Shown here: positions 23,336 to 37,500 of the stretch, in pieces
Layout: each line of letters starts with the position of its first letter
Numbering within the stretch: the first letter of the stretch is position 1
DNA from: Mizuhopecten yessoensis
Lineage: Eukaryota
Direction of reading: 5' to 3'
NCBI RefSeq assembly: GCF_002113885.1
Contig: NW_018405902.1
Span: 75,703-131,862 of the forward strand
Length of the DNA stretch: 56,160 nucleotides
Made by a program: the position numbers and the translations under genes
Notes under the pieces: generated by a model
Told to the model about the DNA's origin: nothing
Databases searched by the model: none
What the model saw: the letters and a program-made list of their open reading frames with translations, nothing else

Positions 23336-26300
23336 ATAAGCTCATTTAATCTTTCACTTCACAGCAATATAATAAGAGTCCGTTACTCTCACTGAATGAA
23401 ATAACATGCAAAGTCCAGCTTTCGATATCTTGATATTTCCCAAGGATTTATTACATAATTAAATGTGCATGCATAGTTCAATAAAAATCATGACTGTAAA
23501 TGTGTTATATATATACAATTTTTTTTATATTACAATGAACAATCTCAAACTTATATTATGAATAACTTACAGTAGTGGGTATGTACACAACCATATATAC
23601 AGTATATCCTCTTTATTTACACGGCGTTATGACTATATACAAGGTACACTGTACATGAATACCACAAACCGTATACAAAACATCCTACAGACAGCTTGTA
23701 AGTTCAAGCACACTCACTCAAACACATTTACTCGATCACTTTAGGCTATGACTCAAATCTGTGTTCATTATGTTACATGAAGATAATACATGTACTTGAA
23801 GCATATTTGTATGTAAATATAAAACATTTATGACACCTACATTATAACTTGTAAGTACACATGCCTAATGTGTTTAAATCAATCTGACTGTTATATTCCC
23901 AAAGGATATTGTTACATTACTGTACATCAAATGCATCCTTTCAGCAGAATTCCCCATTGAAAGTCAATGTACAGTACCTGTCATCACAATTCAACTAATG
24001 GTAATTGAAATTTTGTAAAATAAATGAAGATGTACACATGTAATTTATTAGGTAAACAAGAATGCATGCATTAGCAACACTCTGGTAATTCTAAACATGT
24101 ATTCAATAATTTTGAAGAAAAAATAAGGGAGGTAACTGTAACACAAATCACAGGTAGGCTGTGTAATGCATCCCTAATGATGGGTTCCTGCTAATTTATG
24201 GCAAAATATCGGTCTTTGAAAGATTGAAAGTGTCTGGTAATTTTCCAGATTAATCACACAAATTTTCCATAAATATTTTCATTGATTTCCAATCCAATAT
24301 CGACAAATGTGTGAATAAAAAACAATTTTACACTTACCCTGATCATGAGCACACTAAGAAAGTAACAATGTGGTCACCATATTTCACCTGTCATTTTATT
24401 TATGAAGAGTCGATTTCATTGACTAAAAGGTAATACATAGTACATTTTACTACTGTACGTATGAATGTGCAGGTAAATGCTACTCTACCCAAAAATGATA
24501 TATGCTGTTTTCACCAATAGAAATACTATGACCTCAGTACAACTTGCATTGCAACACAAGATGGGATTAAAGTTGGTTGTGAACAACTGATTCTCGATTC
24601 TATGGTATTTTTTGGAAATCAGCTTTTTTCCCCCATCATGCAAAATAGCATGTGTCCAATGAAATATTTATCATAAATCAGGATTAATGGAAAAACTGCT
24701 AAATGAAAATATTTTCTTGTTTGTCATTAAATATTCTCAAAAAGTAAAACAAATTATTGTAAATTTTAAGAGAAAAAATACAGAATAATAACTTTGTCTA
24801 GCTTAAGTCGTAACTTTACATTTGTAAGAAAGCTGCTAAAACTACTTGTTTTCTTCTTGTATTACATTCATCATTAAAATGAATATACTCATGGCAAAAG
24901 AGTGCCATTTCCAAATCATTATGGCACAAAAATGGTGATCACTCTTTTTGCAATTTACCACAAAAATTATAAGGCATTCTCAAGCTCCGATATATCCAAA
25001 AGTAGAAATATGAATTCTCAAGTGTGCCTCAATATCACAGTACAAGAGAATATCTAGAAAACTAGATATTTGTATTTAATGTGCATAGTGATATATGCAG
25101 AAAGAAAAATTCACAATTATGCCATGGAAAATGAAAATGTCATACGTATATAAATGCCAAGTATTTGCAGTCGAGATATCCTTTTACTGTAGTGAGAACT
25201 TGAATTGTCTCAGCTGTAATATAGCTAAGATATTTTTGATATCTACAACACAAACTCCTGAAGCAGCAAACAAGCATTTAATTGGCAAGTGATATGTAGA
25301 ATCAAGATAATGCGATATATTCCATTTTAGAAGTAATGTTCATCATTATGTGTCTGCTTCGATTTCACAGGTACAGGTACCACAGCAACAAAAAGAAGGG
25401 TTATACATGTTTAATATGCATCAACCTGGACATTTTCCCTTAAAACCTGTAGCAATCTACACCGTAAGTGAATCCTTAAATATCACAGACTAAGGGAAGG
25501 TCCAGTCAAGTACAGATTTCTGGTCTGTAACTATAGTACCTGTTACAAATATTGAAGAATATAAACACATGATAATGATGATTTCTTACAATTATTTTCT
25601 TCTCCAAACTCAAATTCTCCAGCAGCTTTACCTTCACCCTATTTGTGAATTTGATAAAATACAATGTCATGTATCTGTTACATAATAATTATACACACAT
25701 TAAATAAAGTGTATTCATTAATAGATGTTGTGAATGTAATATTACCAAACTGTCAAGTTAATTTTTGAAGACACAAAATCACTGTTTCAGGCTAACTTGC
25801 AGTATATTATCTCTATATCACTGACTTACTGTATATTCAATTCTGGGTCCAAACTGAGTTCCTTATATATGCATGCAACACAGATCTGAATGACTAGAGC
25901 AGAGTCTTGATACATCTCTGTAATAATTTATGTATTAATTGAAATCAAAGTAGTAACATGATTTGCTTTGAAGGACTCGACAGACAAAACACTGATTAAA
26001 ACATAATAACAGGTATCTACCAGTGTAATTTACCTACACAATGCATTTATGGAAATCTTCACTAACCATAACAAAGCAAAAACATTTTCTTTCCATTTTT
26101 GAAATCATACTTAATATTTCAATGATATCACATTTATCAATTTGACAGAGTGATTTTCTGGAGAAAAAAAAACATCTCGTATTTCCCAAAAGAGAATCTC
26201 CTCTCTGGGAAAGGAAACAACCCCACATTGGTCTCTAGATCTGCCACTGCAGATACGTTTCACATTTGAAACTTCTTGTCTACTGGAATGTTATAAGTAT

Positions 26301-27650
26301 AACTGTTGGTCAAATTGTTAGTATCTTGCAAGTGTGTGTTAATCTTACTTCATAAAAGCTGGACTTATCTCCGAGGTGGGTTCAAACATTAAGTTTTGTA
26401 ACCGACAACAACTTGTGAAATATCCCCCACCTTACCAAACTTTACCTAGGAAACTAGGGTGTTCCAACCAATTAATGGAAAAATATCCCACTATACTAGA
26501 TGAAACCATTCAATATCCAACCTTTCTGGTGATAAACCTGGATAGCCTTAGATTTGAGGTAGAATGGGTATTTTACCAATAGGTAATTTACCGTAAAGTA
26601 CCCTATGTAGATGTTAGGTCAGGCTTTAGTTTATTCTTCACCGACCTTTTGTCCCAAACTAACATTTTCCCATGGGGAAAGCATTGTTTAATTAACTCTA
26701 TCAGCCCTATGTAACGTTAATAGACTCTACCATGCATTTATATGGATGAGTCCATTATGGTCTACAGTGGTGAAAGGGTTAAGGAAAATTCTTAACTGAG
26801 GCTAAGAAAAACTTGTGAAACTGGTGCCAGTTTATCATAATTTGTTGGATTTAATACATGTAATTTCCTTTTGTACCATACATATCAGTATTTGTTAGCT
26901 TGGAGACAGCTTTGATACAAGTCTGACAGGGTAGGTTTATGTCTACAAATTTGGTATGTTATACAGAGCAGGTTGGAATAACATCATTATATATATTAAA
27001 CATTCTGAAAGTTTGATTACAAACAACACCAGGACTGTCAGCTATTCATTCCAACAGAATTTGACTTCTAGCACCAACATTAGGCAGTAAAGAGCAGTAC
27101 AGATCTACGGGTTGGATATTACAGGTAGATACCTAAACAAACCTATTGTTCCTTGAGCTTCTCATTGTGATCTCCTAGTACAATCACATCAACATGTAAA
27201 CTAGCACAATTGATTCATTATTCTCACAAAATAGGTTCAGACATTCAGATCAATACCCCAATCACAACACTGATCACAGACTATCACAGAAAGGCATAAT
27301 GGTATACAGACCACATACTCTGTACTAGATAAGTAATACAACCTCACACACATTAGTGTTACTTGTGTAGGTTTACTTACTAGTGCATTTAAATAGTGAT
27401 GTCTGCACAAGTGTAACAGCTTCTATAATGTTGATTCACATGATATTAAACTGACGGTTAATAAACTGTTGTCGAATGGGTAATTTAACAGAACGAAATT
27501 TGCACAATGTTTTATAGTCATGATTTCAAATATTTATGATAAAGATAATAAATTATGAAATATTCCATGTAACCATACCACTTAACACTTTGATACTCTT
27601 TGATTAGTTTTATTAATATTAAAACCCTTCTAGATGAACGGTTTGTGGTC

Positions 27651-27931
27651 AAAATCTTCATTTTGAAGTTCTAGTATATTTCTTTTCTATGGAACAGTTA
27701 TACAAAACCAAAAATCTTCATTTTGAAGTTCTAGTGTACTTCTTTTCTATGGAACAGTTATACAAAACCAAAAATCTTCATTTTGAAGTTTTAGTGTATT
27801 TCTTTTCTATGGAACAGTTATACAAAACCAAAAATCATCATTTTGAAGTTCTAGTGTATTTCTTTTCTATGGAACAGTTATACAAAACCAAAAATCTTCA
27901 TTTTGAAGTTTTAGTGTATTTCTGTGGAACA
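27651..27931. repeat. 60 bp minisatellite, ~4.5 copies, downstream of the GOLGA2 stop
   Basis: AAAATC(T/A)TCATTTTGAAGTT recurs at 27651, 27711, 27771, 27831 and 27891. Confidence 0.95.
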
Positions 27932-28506
27932 ATTGAACACAACCTTCATTGTTGGTGTTCGGTATGTAGCAGGAAACAAACTGTAGGACATCCTGTATTA
28001 AAGGACAGGTATTACGGGGTAACACACATTTCCGTTTGTAAGGAGTTGTCACTTCTCCACTTCTATCAAGTCATACATTAAATCCATAGGACAAATGTGT
28101 GACCTCTAAATGTATGTTCAATGTGACCAGCACTGCTATCACAAATCTATGTGAGATGTCAGTTGTACACAATCCCTGTGTTAGATAAGACAAGTGTGTA
28201 TACTCTCTATGAACTGGGCCTATTATTGCAAAGGTAGAACGTGTTTATCTCCTTCAGTATTGGCAACTCATCCCACAGAGAGAGGTATGCATACTCTTGA
28301 TATCTTTGTTGGAAATCTGTCCCATTGGAGAGGAATATGTATGCATACGGTCTATACCGAAACATGGGTACAGGAGATTCCTATCATGTATAGACATATT
28401 GACACAGTCTCTATGTCAGTGTTACCAAACTAATTGCACATACAATCATCCTTGGTGGTTTTGGCCATGTATCGTTAAGTGTTTGTTAGGAACTTCCTTG
28501 TTGCAC

Positions 28507-31500
28507 TCATATAATCTGTACCTTTCCTTTACAGTATTTACACGGTAAGAAGTTGTGGTCTATATCATTCGGCCTGTCAACTAGTGTGGAGTGTCCAATC
28601 TCTGTTAGCAGGTTAAGAATTTTGTTGGCAGTCTGGCCCTCCTGTGGCCCCTTGGTATGGACGTGGCCCTCGTCGTGAGAAGTCTGACTGTGGTGACGGT
28701 GATGATGGTGTTGGTGGTGGTGGTGTGTGGTTTGGTGTTCAGTTGGTTGGTCCATCGTTTCTGTGACTTCCTTATTTGTGAAATTGTCCTGACCTCCCAC
28801 AATAGCCTCGACCTCACTCTCTGAGTCGGACTCAGAACTGGTATAGTCAGGCCAGTCCACTGAAGAAGGAGTTATTGAAATATCAGTATATTTCTCATTC
28901 ATATTTTTTTAATCAATAAACATACGATATAGACATAATTTTCATTGATATCAGAGTGTTTCTGGTGTTAACTTTACGTGTGCTTATATAACATGTCAAC
29001 AAATAATGCAATGAAAATAGAACTGAAATAAATCTTGGTTACATTTGAAAGAAATAGTCTAAGGAACAAAACAAATTTTCATGTATTTGATTGACAGATT
29101 GACTGAAAGATGCTCAACTTTTACTTCCTCTGAAACCTGTCTGAACCAAACAATATCATATATCCATTAATTATAAACAGAATATTGGATTACATCGATA
29201 AAATCCACCAAAGCAGGAATACAGTGGCACTTAGTTCAAGTTTTGCTCATGCTGACTTCTAGATTATAGGCAAGCTTCATTAGGAAAATGTTAAAACTAA
29301 AAAGGTATGTATCTGGTCTTTGTTTACCATCGTTACTATTGACTCCATTCGTCAGAGGCTGGAGAGCGTTCTGGATGTGTGGTTGTACACTGAGGTCGTT
29401 GGAATGCATGGAAGTGTGTGCTTCTTCATGGTAATTAGACAACATATTCTTCTCTCCAAGTAACTGCATCACTAGCTGCTGCAGCTCCCCAAGTTTCTCC
29501 TACAATAGGAAATAACTTCAGTCACACAACCTATTTTTTTATTTTTTTTATTAATTTTCAACTTCATTTTTTTCCAATGCCATTATTAGAAAGTAACAAT
29601 ATTGATAGAATCGACCATGTAGACAATGTCATGCTTGTGATAAAACTCCCTGCAACTTATGGTACACAACAAAATAATTTGAGGTATAAAATATGTTAAT
29701 TAAAATTAAATGAACTTTACACTAAAGATGTATCGATACAAACAGGAAAACACTTAAAGCACAAACCTCCATACTAAAATCATCATTTTGAAGTGATTTA
29801 TTGACACTATCACACCTTGGAAGCAAGATGGGAAAATATCAACTGAAGGCACAATATTTTTATCAAGTTGTCAAATCTGAACCTGCAAAGGATTTGACAA
29901 TTTAATAATCTTATCCTGAGAGTTGTGATATGGCTATATTGACCCTATGGGGGAGAATGATTTATTTCTCTTACCCTCAAAGTGGGGAATGATTATTTTC
30001 CTCTTCTAAAAAGGAACTGTTTCAGTCAAAACAATGCCTGTATGCCAAGCATTTTTCCCTTTAATACAAGGTCTACTGATTGTACAGAAGGCATATAATT
30101 TAATTGTTATAATGTGATATCACAGAAAAACGTGCATGGTAGCTGGCCCTGGTAGAAATATTCACCTGTAATTGTTCTCTGTCTTTGGCAAGGTGGGCAA
30201 TGTAGTCGTTTTTCTGATATTCTCGTTGTTGTAGCAAAGCACGTTGGTGATGATATAATGATATGTACTCTCCTACAAAACATCAACAGAAATAACTCCA
30301 CCCGGCAATCACACAAACAAGATTCATTAGTATGTGCTGTAGGTATCTCAGACTGAAGAGAAATTTGAAAGCTATTGTGTTATACATTAAGGTATGTCTG
30401 ATCCCCTGGGATCAAAATATGATTACAACGCAACTGTTACCATTTCTTTTCCAAGTTTTAAAGACCTTGCAAAAAAACAACTGATTCTTGTTTATGCCTA
30501 CAGCCAGCTTTTTAAGTAAATATTAAACATGAGGTTCTATACTGAAAACCAGGTAGATAATTTACTATTGAGAAAAATATGTTCTGATCATTGTGCATCT
30601 ATTATAATCAAATGGGCTGGTACAATATTGTTTGCCATTCCCATGATGAGTTCAATCACTTCAGTAACATGTTTGTCCTTTGAAAATAATATTGTATTTC
30701 TTCTTTCTTGACAAAATTGGTATCGTATATGTTTTAAATTTTGGGATGAATAATATTCAATTTTTTTCCCCAGTTGTGCTTCACACTCTTTAATAAAATG
30801 TTAAAGCATTTTTTTTTCAACTTGATGAAATGTAAGAAAAAATACTATAGATTTCAGTTATATAGACAAAACATGTTCTGTATTAGAACTCATCCTTGGC
30901 TATCTGTAAGGTTAACCCTACATTCACCTTCTCAACTCCATACATACAAAAGTATTCACTTCATTACAACCCAGCACTATACCTATAGTATCTGCCTCCC
31001 CCTCTAGCTGTAGGACTAGATGTTCCAGCTGCTCAGCCTTGTCTGACAGCTCGGCTTTGTCCCTCATCACACCGGTATATTTGTCCTCTATCATCTGCAT
31101 GGTCTTTCTCATTACATCGTACTCCTGTCGGCTCACCTTGTCATTGTCTACATGGAATGTACCTGTAACACACACAAAGAATAGTGCTAACTTCCCAAAT
31201 ATATCTCTTCAGTTGCTTTTTATCATATTTTGCTTCACTGTCAGACAAGAAAAACTCTGATTATGAGGGCAGCCTTTTAATACTTTTACAAAGAGTTACC
31301 TCTAAAATAAACAACATTTAAGACTCTGTTTAGAGGCTTGAAAAATACTTGAATTACAGGGCCTGTTCGTTTATGCGGAACAACCGGTTTGTCTGTTTTT
31401 AAATGTAACATTTTCGGGTATAAATCCTGGTGGACCTGCAATTGTTTATGCCCGCCTTGCAAGGCTTTGTCAAGGCTCGCCTGAAAGCACCATCAGATAA

Positions 31501-34500
31501 CTAGGTCAAGCTTTATTTCCTAAACGAACATCTCTGGTCCTGCAATCCAACCATTTGGATCGCGATAAACTAAGTGGCCCAAGAGTCAAATCTACATGTA
31601 ACAGAAGGGTTCATACTCTATCAAATGTTCTAGATCTCGCAGCGGACTAGGGGCAGGTTAAGACAGATATGATTAAAGACTCAGCCCTGAATATCTGTCT
31701 GTCCTTGAATAGTGCTTTAATATATACCTGGTAGTTTGCATGGAAGGAATTTTATGACCAATCTGTATGCTATGATTAATGAAATGATAAAGACAACAAT
31801 AAAGCACCTACAACGGATCTAGAGTAAACGATTGGAGGGTCCGATATTGAGATTTCCTCGCACTATGAGTAGATAAGCTTGTGGAAAGCATGTTACATTA
31901 TCACACTTGATGATTGATAGATAAGGACTAAAGTTATAACATACTTTTCTGTACGATCGCCTCCTCCAGGTCAGTGATTTTCACAGTGAGACTGTCGGAG
32001 AGATCCCGCTGTTCTTTCAGAGTCTGCATCAATTGGGTCCTCTCAGTCTCCAGTTGTTTTATTGCTGCTGTCAGTGAGTCAATCTGAATACGCAGATATT
32101 GATTAATTTAAGGTAATCAGTGTCAAAATATGATAGTAGTTTGGGAGACTTCCAATTTTTTTTAAAGCCGAATAGGCCTGTGGAAACTCGCAAAGACTTC
32201 TGCAGTAGTATTCCATATTTGCTTTTAAATCAAAATGCATGCTCTTAAAACCTTAAATCTTCATATAATATTAATGAACTGTTGAAGATTGCAGACTTTG
32301 CAGTAGTATTTAAATTACTTTTATATTCATGATAACCTCACATTTTAAACATTAATTCTGGCCAATGTGCCATCTTTATGTAATATTTTTTTCAAAAGTG
32401 CATTTTTTTTTGCAAATGAAGTCCTGGGGTTACCTACCACATCATCCCTTTTCTTCTCGTCCTCTGGATTCAGGCCTGGGTTGTTTTGATTGTCCGAGGC
32501 CTTGATCAGCATGGTACGCAGCTCACAGTTCTGGGTCTTTAGGGCGTCTGTCATGTCCTAGAGAGGTACAGGTAAGAAAATGTAAAATAATTCAATTTCA
32601 CATATAAAGTAGGATAACAGTATCAAAACAGAACATTATATAGAACAAGAAATTTTTATTCAAACTCAATTTGATTTTTCTCTTCTGTGATTTTAACTAG
32701 CAACTATGATAAAACCACCTTTAGATGTCAATGTTGGTGTTCACCTTGTCATGAGCTGGGCCAATCAAATGACTTGATACAGCTATTGTGATGATCAGTG
32801 ATCACATTGTACCATTGCAACTGAAATTCAACTTACTTTTAATATTGTTCATCAAGTTTATTGAAGCTTAATTCAGAAAATTCTAAGTATTAAGGCCATA
32901 CAAAGTTAATGATTAGTTTCTCAGGCCAATTTTTTCAGAAAATGATGAGGAAGGGAGGATTTATTTTTATTTTTTAGCCCTCATGAAAGTGATGAGGGAG
33001 GCTTTTTTTGTTTTACCATCTTCAAAAAATTGACGAGGGAGGGTGCATTCCCCCACCCCCCTGATAATTAATACTAAAATATGTATTAAATGCTGTTTTA
33101 GAGAGAGTTTTATACACTTACGTATTATTTAAAATAAAGTATGCTTTAAACAAACAATAACGTATTGCACGGTATCATGGCATCCAATGTCATCGTCAGA
33201 CAGATAATGCAACTGGACCAGCAGCTGTACATGTGTTGTCTGTTATTTCAAACTTGATGCCAAATAATGCAACAGAAGCAACAACCACTGCTGTGTCGGT
33301 CGAAACTTTCGATTTTACTCCGTCCAATTCTAACGATGTACGCAAGATCAATATATTTGGCCAGAAAAGTCCAATCTGATGGTCCCAGACCAACACATTC
33401 AGAGAGGTTCTTGCATAGATCGGCAAAGGTATAGCTTTGACTGTACCCGCTGATGACATTCCATGGTAAAAGCACTGTTGAATAAGACATCTGTACTGAA
33501 ATTAGCGACAAGGCCATGCCGTTATCGGCAAGACGCTTGATGTCAATTGTGCCGATTCATAAAAGCTCTGACGAGATGCTGTTTTTGAGACCAATAGTTG
33601 AATCGGACGCGGGTGATTAAATCCTTATTTTTTCCATTCCGCAATTTTTTACCGCATCTTCTTTTTCTTTCTTTTTCAATTTGGCAATGAAAACGGTGAT
33701 GCGGGAGGTAAAAAATTTACGAGAAACGAAAAATTAAGTTTGTATGGCTTAAATTATTTAAAAGTTTATTGATCATTGTAGATAGTCATATATCTAAAAG
33801 AAAGGTAAGGTGTGTTTACATTGATTTGTTTTGTTTACCTGTGAGTTTTGCAGCTCGCGTTGGAGAGTTTCCACCAGCTGAGCCTGTGCCTCGTAGTGTC
33901 TCATTCTGTCATTAATCTGCTCGTGGTGGTACTGCTCTTTTGTCACTTCATGTGTTGTATGTTTCAACTCTGCCAGCTTCAAGTCTTTTTCCATCATCTG
34001 TTGAACAAGATTAAAATCCAAAATGTTCACATTTTATAGTTATGTACTTCCAAAAAAAAAAAAGAATCAACACTCAGTGAAATCTTTAGCATATTTATCA
34101 TAATTTTGTTCCTTTCATATTGGTTATCAAGCAGTACACATTTTCATGAATCCCCTATAATTTAAATGAGTTTATGAGAAGTTCATGTTCCAAATGTCGT
34201 ATCCCATAATCCGCTTTGAAAATAATTATTTAAATATTTAAGGTCAGAAATGACAATTCTTGGTTTTTTTCCTCTCAAGTTATAATGTCTAAGATAGTAA
34301 AGATGTCTATTATCCATTTACATGTACCAAGTACTACTAGGTTTTCCGAAGATTTTGAAAGGTGCAAGATAAATTTGCCAAATATTAAAACATTGCCAGA
34401 AAATATCGTGAAAATTCCGTAATCCTAATACATACAGTTTCTCTTAAATCCTTGAGGTTATCTTCTTGCTGACTGAGACGACACAAGTGTTCCTGTGATG

Positions 34501-37500
34501 AGTGCTGTTCGGACTGGACCTTCGTCATCAGCTCCATGTTGTCATTACTCTGTAGTAACAGAGATTAACTCTCATTAACCTTCTTATCTAGGAGTTAGTA
34601 AGGCACCTATGAAGAGTTGGCCAGATACATATGGACAGTACTGGTCCTTTTTACTTCACAGGATAGATGTGAATTTCTGTTTATTTGTTTGGAACCTGGT
34701 TCAAAACCTGTGTAACAATACCACAATTACAAAGCTAGGATGTCAATTTATGACCAAGAATATATATTTAATCCTGACATCAGATAAAATAACAGAAAAT
34801 AAGTCACCGAACAAGCCTAACAAAGGCAGATCAGTGCATTGATCTGACAAAGACATTCCTAACACATTAATATGGGAAAATATATTTGCATTCAATAATT
34901 TCACCCATAATGGTAAACAGCCATTAAGTTGCACTAACCAGCTTGACAAATCCGTTTTGTAACTCAGCCAGCTGGCTCTTGAGGTCTTTGTTCTGGGTGA
35001 GAGCACGACTGAGGGCTGTTTTGTTGCTCTGTATACTGTCCAACAGTTGAGCTTTATCACTGGCCTCCATCCCCATCTCTGACATGTCATTCTCAAGCTC
35101 CAGTATCCGGGCCTCTTTCTCTTCCAGTAACCTACCAGAGAATAAGAAAAACATTCTCAAACAAAAACATATTTTAAGCTAACAAGGAGGTCAATAATAG
35201 ATAGACAGGATCTGAATCAAGTAGCATCAATATCATCTATCAGCGAACATTTCGCATTAGATATTCATGTACGAGCGATTATTACCCATAATAATCAATA
35301 ATGGATATTACCTAGTCCCCTTGAACATCTTGCAATTTGCCAAACTTACTTGTTTGGTGTTCTGATAACTCAATGTAATCAAACAGTGGTAAATCTCCAA
35401 AGTAAACATAATACTTAATATGTTATTTTCTGTTATTGTCACGTGCAAGTTCTATTGATGTATGGTAAATCCTAACAAAGGCATATTTAGGTTTCATGAA
35501 CTTTCATTATTAAACTCTTACAGATTATATAATCTACATGCCCTGTACAAGAAGGACTCAAAAACAAGTCCAGCTGTGATGTGTTTCTGAGACTGGACCT
35601 GACTACATAGACTCCAAGCCCTATATTAAAGTGACAGTTACCGGCTGAGCTGTGAGTTATCCCTGATTTGTGAGTCATGCTGTTGTTGGAGATCCTGATG
35701 CTGTTTCTGTAGTAAGTCAATCTCCCTTTCCCTCTCCATCATCGCTACGTTGGTCTCTTGTTGTTGGTGTTGATTGGCATTTACATCCTCTACAGGAGAA
35801 ACATTTGTGTGATGACAAGTCAAAATAATGTGTCAACATAATACCTTGTACATAAAATATCAATTAATAAAAACAATCTTTAAATACTTAGACTACACTG
35901 CTTGAAAGATATCCTATGTCCTACTTTTGTGACTTCTGCAAAAATTATCAAGAATGTCTTTTAAATACATGTATAAAGACAGATATGATGCATAAATAGT
36001 GTATTGCTTGTAGATTATGTACTTAACTTTAATGACAAAATAACTCAAAGATCTGGATCTGCTAGCATTTAACTTGACTTGAAATTTACTACAACTTCTG
36101 ATTTCCCAATAAGTTTGACTGCAAAAAACAAAACAAAAAACCGTTGATGTAGGTACTACCTAGTTGTTGTTGTAGTTGTTGTATACTGGCCTCTAACTGA
36201 TGTTGTTGTGTCACCATTACTTCACGTTCTTCTGTCAAACTTGTCACCTGTAAGTTAAATCATTATCTAGTGTATAATATGCAAAGCAGAATGACTGATC
36301 CATTTGTCATTAGAAATTATCAAGCTTTATTGCTACAAGAACCAATGCCAGTTTAAAGCTTTTAAATACAAACATTTTAAGAAGTGATGTAAATAATACA
36401 GCTGAAAGCACAGGAAATGTAACATTCCGATAGTCAGAATAAAATCTGTGTATCTATGATATGAACGGTTATTTTCCCATTATTTTGCATTTCTATTCTT
36501 TATGAAAATGTTGTTTGCTGCACAGTTGCTAAATTAAGTATTGGTAATCTTCAGTACTGAACAGCCATTGTAATTTTCAATCATTTTCTGTCATGCCTTC
36601 CATTTACTGTTTACTTGAAAAGAGTACAAAGACAGACAACACAACATGTGACATTTTGTTTATACCTGTTCGGTGAGTTGTTGACTATGTTTTGTGACAT
36701 TTTGTTTATACATGTTCGGTGAGTTGTTGACTATGTTTTGTGACATTTTGTTTATACCTGTTTAGTGAGTTGTTGACTATGTTTTGTGACATTTTGTTTA
36801 TACCTGTTCGGTGAGTTGTAGACTATGTTTTGTGACATTTTGTTTATACCTGTTTAGTGAGTTGTTGACTATGTTTTGTGACATTTTTTTTATACCTGTT
36901 CGGTGAGTTGTTGACTGTGTTGTTGTAGCTGATCTATATAAGACTTGTACTGATCCGCCACCTGGTCTCGCTCACCACACGCCTTCTGGAATGCTTCAGA
37001 GTACTGTGGACATAATGTCAACACCTTGTGTGTAATTATTTAACTCAATATCTCTACAACGATAGAAATTCCTGAACAACTTACAGATCAAACTTCCACA
37101 ATCTCAGTTAACAAATTATCAAAATATGATTCTTCTACAGTGAATAGCAAACAAAATTGTGGACAACAGAAAAATTGATATTATGTAAAAATGAACCAAC
37201 TTATTTTACAAGTATTACTTCATAAAATTTAAATCGAAATATCATACAGCATAATGCTATATATTAGTTTTAAATATACTGAAAGCAGGAAATGCCTGTT
37301 TAAACTGTTCAAATTTCTGAAAATCTACAGGAACACTTCAGATTCTTAAAACAAACATTAAGTTAATGCATAAACATGTTTTTAAAGGCACTTTACACTA
37401 CATTCAATAGAACAGTCCAGTCTACTGTAAATATTACCCACCTCCTGAACTTGAGAGGCAAGGAGTTCCTTTTCTCGTTGTAGTTGATCCATGATCGCTA

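Noticed and set aside
27689-28081. 130 aa ORF with 20 aa repeats
   Set aside because: Translation of the 60 bp minisatellite, with no domain or splice support.
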